Positions 58,460-64,000 of a DNA stretch of 64,000 bases are shown piece by piece. The notes under the pieces were generated by a model. That model had not been told where the DNA came from, ran no database searches, and worked only from the letters and a program-made list of their open reading frames with translations. The position numbers were made by a program, and so were the translations under genes. The number at the start of each line of letters is the position of its first letter. Position 1 is the stretch's first letter. This DNA is from Gemmatimonadota bacterium (lineage in GTDB: Bacteria > Gemmatimonadota > Gemmatimonadetes > Palauibacterales > Palauibacteraceae), in assembly GCA_963666735.1 (NCBI GenBank), contig OY762926.1, positions 1,920,001-1,984,000 on the forward strand, given 5' to 3'.

Positions 58460-59389
58460 GTGACATCAGCCGTCCGAATCGTCTCGCTCCTCGCTTCGGG
58501 GACGGAGATCGTCGACGCGCTCGGACTCGGCGAGTGCCTCGTCGGCATCTCGCACGAATGCGACCATCCGCCCCAACTGCTCGACCGTCCGCGGGCGAGC
58601 CGGCCCCGCTTCGATCCCGAGGGGCTCACCAGCGGGGAGATCGACGCCGCGGTGCGCGAGGCGATGATCGAACACGGCAGCGTGTACGAGATCGACGAGG
58701 CCCTCCTCGAGCGGCTGGACCCGGACATCATCATCACGCAGGCCGTGTGCGAGGTGTGCGCGGTGCCGACGGGCGGGGTGCGGGAGGTGCTCGGGGCGCG
58801 CGGGATCGAGGCCGAGGTCGTGTCGCTGGATGCCCACACTATCGACGACATCCTCGGCTCGCTCGCGCAGGTGGCGCGCGCCGCCGAGGATCCGGAAGTC
58901 GCTCGCGGGCCGGGGAGGTCGCTCCGGAGGCGACTTGACGCGGTGCGCCAGGCGGTACCGGACGGCGACGCGCCGCAAGTGCTCGGCATCGAGTGGTTCG
59001 ACCCGCCTTTCGCCCCCGGCCACTGGGTGCCGGAGATGATCGAACTTGCGGGCGGCCGTAACCTTGTGGGCGAAGCGGGGCGGCCTTCCCGCGAGGTGTC
59101 GTGGGACGAAATCGGAGCCCTCGACCCGGACGCGCTCCTCCTCATGCCCTGCGGCTACGGCCTCGAAGCGGCCCGGCAAGACGCCGACGCACACGCCGAA
59201 CGTCTTCGGAAGGTGGCTCCGCGCGCGGTCGCCGAAGGCCGCGCCTGGGTCGTTGACGCCTCGTCCTACTTCAACCGCTCGGGTCCCCGTTTCGTCACGG
59301 GCGTCGAGATCCTGGGCGGACTGCTGCACCCGGACCGCCTCCCCACACCCGATCCGCGGCACGCCGCCGTGTGGACGCCGCCGGGCTGA
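58460..59389 (+). CDS. BtuF-like ABC substrate-binding family protein
   Basis: RIVSLLASGTEIV, GISHECDHP, GHWVPEMIELAGG, YFNRSGPR. Confidence 0.85.
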   Translation: MTSAVRIVSLLASGTEIVDALGLGECLVGISHECDHPPQLLDRPRASRPRFDPEGLTSGEIDAAVREAMIEHGSVYEIDEALLERLDPDIIITQAVCEVCAVPTGGVREVLGARGIEAEVVSLDAHTIDDILGSLAQVARAAEDPEVARGPGRSLRRRLDAVRQAVPDGDAPQVLGIEWFDPPFAPGHWVPEMIELAGGRNLVGEAGRPSREVSWDEIGALDPDALLLMPCGYGLEAARQDADAHAERLRKVAPRAVAEGRAWVVDASSYFNRSGPRFVTGVEILGGLLHPDRLPTPDPRHAAVWTPPG

Positions 59390-59419
59390 CCGCCGCCACG
59401 GACCGTGCCGCGAGTCCGG

Positions 59420-59710
59420 TCAGCGGCTTGCTTCCTCCCTGGTGTCGCCGTGGTTTCCCGTCCTGTACCGCACATAGCTCTCGAGTACACGGTTCATCCG
59501 CGTCTGGTAGCCCTCTCCCGGAGCCTTGAAGTAAGCCAGCACGGAGCGCTTCACGCGCATGGTGATCTGGTCGGTGCGGTCGGGCTCGACGAGCCCTGCC
59601 CGGTCCCAGAAATCCTCGTCCAGTTCGGGGATCTCGCTGAAGTCGATGCTCTCGTCCTCCACCGCCGCGATCTGCTCGGCCGTGAGGGGCCTATCGTAGC
59701 GTCCGCTCAT
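59420..59710 (-). CDS. brnA: BrnA antitoxin
   Basis: IDFSEIPEL, ITMRV..SVLAYFK..G.GYQTRMN. Confidence 0.9.
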   Translation of the reverse strand: MSGRYDRPLTAEQIAAVEDESIDFSEIPELDEDFWDRAGLVEPDRTDQITMRVKRSVLAYFKAPGEGYQTRMNRVLESYVRYRTGNHGDTREEASR

Positions 59711-59969
59711 GGTAGATTCTCCTTTCCTTGCGCGATGCCGGGCGGGCGGAGATCAGACGAATGCGCCCGCGACGCTCGGTGTAGGCAACCACGATCAGCG
59801 CTCCGGGCTCCACCCGACCAATGCTGATGTGGCGCTCCTCGCCGTAGTCCCGGCGACGGTCGGGCGACGTTGCGATGGTCCCCTCGAAGATGCGCCTGGC
59901 AATCTCGAACCCGATACCGTGCTTGCGGATGTTCGTTTGATTCTTGGTTTCGTCCCACTCGAATTCCAT
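59691..59969 (-). CDS. brnT: BrnT toxin
   Basis: MEFEWDETKNQTNIRKHGIGF...YGEER...IRLISAR. Confidence 0.93.
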   Translation of the reverse strand: MEFEWDETKNQTNIRKHGIGFEIARRIFEGTIATSPDRRRDYGEERHISIGRVEPGALIVVAYTERRGRIRLISARPASRKERRIYHERTLR

Positions 59970-59978
59970 TATCGATTA

Positions 59979-59993
59979 TACATATAATATGTA
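59979..59993. promoter_or_regulatory. Palindromic operator overlapping the brnT promoter
   Basis: TACATA-N3-TATGTA; minus-strand TATAAT 5 nt upstream of the ATG (likely leaderless). Confidence 0.65.
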
Positions 59994-60016
59994 GTTACAA
60001 CCACCGTTTCGCGAAT

Positions 60017-60070
60017 CGCATCGCTATCGGGGAGGGTCGGGCCTGGATCGTCGAGGCTTCCGCCTACTCC
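60017..60070 (+). pseudogene. Degenerate scar of the BtuF-like gene 3' region
   Basis: RIAIGEGRAWIVEASAYS vs PRAVAEGRAWVVDASSYF at about 59219..59272. Confidence 0.7.
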
Positions 60071-60243
60071 GCCCACAGGCCAGAAGTGCGATCCGGCGGT
60101 TGCGATGACGGGAGATGGGAGTCTTAGGCGACCCGGAAATCCGGGAGTCGGTGCGTGAAAGGCCGTATCGAATACGCCCACTGCCGGGCTACCGGCTGAG
60201 GACCGGGCGCGGACGCGTAGGCGTCCCCGGGCTGATCGGTCCC

Positions 60244-60660
60244 TCAAGTCCTCCCGGGGACCTTCACGAACCCCGCCGTTCTGAAGTGCCGGTCCAGCGT
60301 GAGGGCCTCTTCGATCCCCAGTTCGGACATGATCGCGAAGCTCGTCGCGTCTGCGAGCGAGAAGTCCTGGTCCGCGAAACGCCGGATCCACTCGCCAATG
60401 GCCAACTCTTCCCGTTCCGGCGTTACCTGTTCGATCCGATTCGGCGGCTGCCGGACCGCATCCAGGAAAGCGAGCGCGACGCGTCGACCCGCGCGACGCA
60501 GCAGAAGCGCGTGGATTTCGGCCACCACGAGGTTCGACGTCACGACCGCGGCGCCCGCACGCACCCGAACGCGGAGAGCTTCGGAGACCGCCAGATGGTC
60601 GGGGTGGGCGGCGTCAGCCAGCGGATACCAGGCGCTCGTATCGACGAACAGCGCGCTCAC
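60244..60660 (-). CDS. vapC: VapC/PIN-domain toxin
   Basis: LFVDTSAW, VVAE, FSLADATSF, LTLDRHF. Confidence 0.9.
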   Translation of the reverse strand: MSALFVDTSAWYPLADAAHPDHLAVSEALRVRVRAGAAVVTSNLVVAEIHALLLRRAGRRVALAFLDAVRQPPNRIEQVTPEREELAIGEWIRRFADQDFSLADATSFAIMSELGIEEALTLDRHFRTAGFVKVPGRT

Positions 60661-61001
60661 TTCGAAGCGGCACCGGGTTCATCGGTCGCCCCCGACGACC
60701 ACGACGCGACCTCGGCGCCGGCAAGAAACTCATCGTGGGCGCGCGCCACGTCGGAGTCCGGCTCCCCCTCCCGTGGCGGCGTACCGCAGAAGAGGCCGAT
60801 GATCGACAGGGCCGGGTGACGGTCGGGGTCCGAGAGCTGGGACTCCAGCGCTTCCAGACCCTTCCGCAGAACGTCGGACTTGGTCGTGTCGAGCGTCGTC
60901 CGCAAGCGCTCCAGGCGCTCGCGCTCCGTCCGTGCAAGATAGACCTGCACCGGCTCGCGGACCCGCCCCACTTCGCCATTCGAATCATGAACCGTCGCCA
61001 T
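60657..61001 (-). CDS. CopG/RHH antitoxin
   Basis: VQVYL...TKSDVLRKGL...DVARAHDEFL; overlaps vapC start. Confidence 0.8.
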   Translation of the reverse strand: MATVHDSNGEVGRVREPVQVYLARTERERLERLRTTLDTTKSDVLRKGLEALESQLSDPDRHPALSIIGLFCGTPPREGEPDSDVARAHDEFLAGAEVASWSSGATDEPGAASK

Positions 61002-61049
61002 GATTCATGATATGCCTTATGTCATCTTGATGGCAAGCAACTGACGGTG

Positions 61050-62660
61050 CTAGTCGAAGTTGACTTGGCGCACCTCTTCGACCCAGTCGAGGTCCTCCAG
61101 CGCGCGCAGCGTCTCGGCCGGCAGTTCGCCGTCGATCCTCACCACGCCGAAGGACTGGCCACCGCCCTTTCGCCGCGCAAGGTGATACTCGGCGATGTTC
61201 GCGTGCACCTCGCCGAGCACCGTCCCCACCGCGCCGATCACCCCCGGCTGGTCGCGATTGCGGATGAGGAGACAGGTGCCGCGGGGCTCCGTCTCGATAC
61301 GGAAGGTTCCGACGCGCACAATCCGCGGTTCCATCCGGGACCCCATGAGGGCGCCGCCCACAACCCTCCCCCTGCCTCTGCCCGATGCCGCGGAGAGTTC
61401 CACGTAGTTCGTGTAGTCGCCCACGGCCTGCGTACGTACGCGCACGATCTCCAGACCCCGTTCCGCCGCGATCGACAGGGCGTTCACGACGTTGAGGGGG
61501 GGATCGACCCGGCGTTCGAGGAACCCGACGGCGACGCTCGCCGCGAGGGGTCCGAGCACGCCGTCCTGCGGTCCTCCGTAGTGCACGTCGATCCGGTTGG
61601 GGGGTGCGTCCTCGATTCCGGCCAGGAGGCGTCCCAGGCGGTACCCGAGATCCATGATCGGTCCCGCCCCGTCGCGATCCTCGGCTTCGAAGGGAGCGTT
61701 CAGCGCGGCGCTGTAGTCGCCCTCGACGAGCGCGTCACGCACGGAGATGGCGATCTGCCGGGAGACCTGACGCTGGGCTTCGTACGTGGACGCGCCCAGA
61801 TGCGGGCTGAACACGAGTTGAGGAGCGTCCCGCAGCGGGCTGTCGGCGGGGAGCGGCTCCGTCTCGAACACGTCGAGGCCGGCGGCTCCGAGATGGCCGC
61901 TGGCGAGCGCCTCCGCCAACGCCGTCTCGTCCACGAGCCCGCCCCGCGCGGCGTTCACCAGAATCGAGCCCGGGCGCATGGCCGCAAGCTCGTTGCCGCC
62001 GATGAACCCGCGGTTCTCCTCGGAGAGAGGGACGTGCAGCGTTATCGCGTGGCAGGCCGGAAGGAGTTCGTCGAGGCCTGCAAGTTCCACGCCCAGATCG
62101 CTCGCCCGCTCGTCGCTCACGAAGGGATCGTGGGCCACGACGCGCATCCCGAACGCGCGCGCCCGCAAGACGACCTCCGCTCCGATCCGCCCGAGCCCGA
62201 TCACGCCGAGCATCTTCCCGCTCAACTGTATGCCCCGCAACTCCTTGCGCCTCCATTCCCCGGCGCGGATGCTCGCGTCCGCCTCCGTGATCCGGCGGGC
62301 CGCCGCGAGGAGCAGAGCGAAGGCAAGTTCGGCGGTGGACTGCGTGTTCGCGGCGGGCGCGTTGAGCACGGCGATGCCGCGCCGCGTGGCGGCCGGGATG
62401 TCGATGTTGTCCACGCCCACGCCCGCGCGTCCCACGACCCTCAGCCGGTCCGCGGACTCGATGAGATCGGGGGTGACCTTGGTGCGGGACCTCACGATGA
62501 GCGCCGATGCGCCTTCGAGCGCGCTGCGGAGCGCCTCGCGATCCGATGCCGTGTGATCCTCGACCACGAGCCCGGGGGCGGCCCGCAGCGTCTCGATCCC
62601 GTCCGGGAGGAGGGGATCCGCGATGATGACGCGAAGGTCGCCGTCGTTCGAATCGCTCAC
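61050..62660 (-). CDS. serA: D-3-phosphoglycerate dehydrogenase
   Basis: GRAGVGVDNID, GLGRIG, NAARGG, PHLGAST, C-terminal ACT domain. Confidence 0.96.
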   Translation of the reverse strand: MSDSNDGDLRVIIADPLLPDGIETLRAAPGLVVEDHTASDREALRSALEGASALIVRSRTKVTPDLIESADRLRVVGRAGVGVDNIDIPAATRRGIAVLNAPAANTQSTAELAFALLLAAARRITEADASIRAGEWRRKELRGIQLSGKMLGVIGLGRIGAEVVLRARAFGMRVVAHDPFVSDERASDLGVELAGLDELLPACHAITLHVPLSEENRGFIGGNELAAMRPGSILVNAARGGLVDETALAEALASGHLGAAGLDVFETEPLPADSPLRDAPQLVFSPHLGASTYEAQRQVSRQIAISVRDALVEGDYSAALNAPFEAEDRDGAGPIMDLGYRLGRLLAGIEDAPPNRIDVHYGGPQDGVLGPLAASVAVGFLERRVDPPLNVVNALSIAAERGLEIVRVRTQAVGDYTNYVELSAASGRGRGRVVGGALMGSRMEPRIVRVGTFRIETEPRGTCLLIRNRDQPGVIGAVGTVLGEVHANIAEYHLARRKGGGQSFGVVRIDGELPAETLRALEDLDWVEEVRQVNFD

Positions 62661-62670
62661 GGATTATCGC

Positions 62671-63792
62671 TCAGAGAACTTCGTCGAGGACGGCCAGAAG
62701 CGCCTCCAACTCGTCGAGAGTGTGTTCGCCCATGTGCCCGATCCGGAACGACGGTTGTTTCAGGGGCCCGTAGCCCGCCGCCACCGTGTATCCGTGCGCC
62801 AGCGCACGGGAGACGACTTCGGGACCCGTCAGTCCGTCCGGAAGCATGATGACGGTCACGCACGGCGAGCGGTAGCCCGGGGGCGCGAGCACATGCCACG
62901 GCCGGCCCGTTCGCGCGGCCGTATCGTCCACCCATTCGTACGTCCGGCGGGCCATGGCATCGTGACGCTCCCAACGCGCCTCCAGCCCTTCCTCCATCAT
63001 CCGGTCCAGTTGCCGGTCGAGAGCGAAGAGGAGCGAGACGGCCGGCGTGTTCGGCGTCTGCCAGCGCTCGAGGTTCTTCTCGAACTTGAGGATGTCGAAG
63101 TAGAAGCCGCGGTGTTCGACCTCCCGCGCGCGGGCGAGTGCCCTCTCGGAGGCGACGGCCAGCGCGAGGCCCGGCGGCAGGGCCACCGCCTTCTGCGACC
63201 CCGTGAGGACGAAATCCAGTCCCCACTCGTCGGTCTTCACCGGCGCCCCGGCCAGGGATGAGACCGTGTCGACGGCGATCAGCACGTCGTCGAACTCGTG
63301 GACGGCGGCGGCGAGTTCCTCCAGCGGATTGAGGACGCCGGTCGAACTCTCCGAGTGGACGACGGTGACGAGGTCGTACCGGCCGGGCGCCGCGGCGAGG
63401 GCGTCGCGCAGCCGCTGCGGCAAGTTCGGTTCGCCCCACTCCGCCTCGAGCGCGTCCGCGGGGCGCCCGGTCGCTTCGGCGATCGCGTGGAACCGCTTGC
63501 TGAACGATCCGTTCGTGAGGCACAGGACGCGGCGGCGCGTGAGGTTCGTGATGGCCGCTTCCATCATGCCGGTGGCGGACGATGTCGACAGGTACACCGG
63601 CCGCGACGTCCGGAAGAGTCGCGACGCGGCAGGCTGCATCGCTTCGATGAGGCCCGAGACCTCGGCGCTCCGGTGCCCCACGACGGGTCGCCGCATGGCG
63701 TCGAACAGATCCGGAGGGACTTCGGTCGGGCCGGGCAGAAAGAAGCGGCCGAACGAGATTGGTGGGTTCATGGCGGGAGTTGGTGGGTTCAT
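62671..63792 (-). CDS. Class V PLP aminotransferase (serine-glyoxylate/phosphoserine type)
   Basis: FLPGPTEV, VHSESSTG, DTVSS, TGSQKA, FRIGHMG; start 63792 or 63771. Confidence 0.92.
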   Translation of the reverse strand: MNPPTPAMNPPISFGRFFLPGPTEVPPDLFDAMRRPVVGHRSAEVSGLIEAMQPAASRLFRTSRPVYLSTSSATGMMEAAITNLTRRRVLCLTNGSFSKRFHAIAEATGRPADALEAEWGEPNLPQRLRDALAAAPGRYDLVTVVHSESSTGVLNPLEELAAAVHEFDDVLIAVDTVSSLAGAPVKTDEWGLDFVLTGSQKAVALPPGLALAVASERALARAREVEHRGFYFDILKFEKNLERWQTPNTPAVSLLFALDRQLDRMMEEGLEARWERHDAMARRTYEWVDDTAARTGRPWHVLAPPGYRSPCVTVIMLPDGLTGPEVVSRALAHGYTVAAGYGPLKQPSFRIGHMGEHTLDELEALLAVLDEVL

Positions 63793-63913
63793 GGCGGGAG
63801 ATGGTATCGCCCCCGGACGCCTGTGGCCAATCGGTCCCGCGCGGTTCTGGCAGCGTCCGGTTGACGCGCCGCCGGGACAGCGGGATTTTGCGGCCCGACC
63901 AAGGGGTTCACAC

Positions 63914-64000
63914 ATGCGATACGTCACAATCACCGACCTGTCTCCGGAAGATGTCCTCGACCGCGCCAAGACGTTCTTCGGCCGGCATTCCGGGCTCGCC
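63914..64000 (+). CDS. Hypothetical protein, partial
   Basis: AAGGGG RBS then MRYVTITDLSPEDVLDRAKTFFGRHSGLA, open to the window end. Confidence 0.6.
   Translation, partial: MRYVTITDLSPEDVLDRAKTFFGRHSGLA

Overview
High-GC bacterial chromosome segment, tentatively Gemmatimonadota-like (inferred from gene content and style only). The core backbone is punA-nupC, dnaK, degP, tRNA-Leu-tig-clpP-clpX-engB, a long minus-strand operon (aroC-aroK-topA-xerC-hslVU-argF-gcvT/mogA fusion-sigma54 activator), a type IV pilus/competence cluster (comEA, pilBTC, pilins, pilMNOPQ with a frameshifted pilQ), tdh/kbl, rpe, moeB, a BtuF-like protein, two toxin-antitoxin pairs, serA and a class V aminotransferase. 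The first 13.5 kb is the most interesting part. It holds two stacked cassettes with the same logic: a pseudo-receiver/AraC-like regulator, then an accessory membrane protein, then a small secreted Cys-rich peptide directly followed by a secreted 6-bladed beta-propeller. There are three peptide/propeller pairs in total. Two IS elements split cassette A genes; removing each IS plus one 3-bp target duplication restores the reading frame exactly. Accessory inserts across the window are repeatedly bordered by 5'-truncated copies of neighbouring core genes (punA, katG, sigma54 activator, BtuF-like), suggesting cassette stacking by homology-anchored recombination. All calls come from motif recognition by eye; no searches were run.
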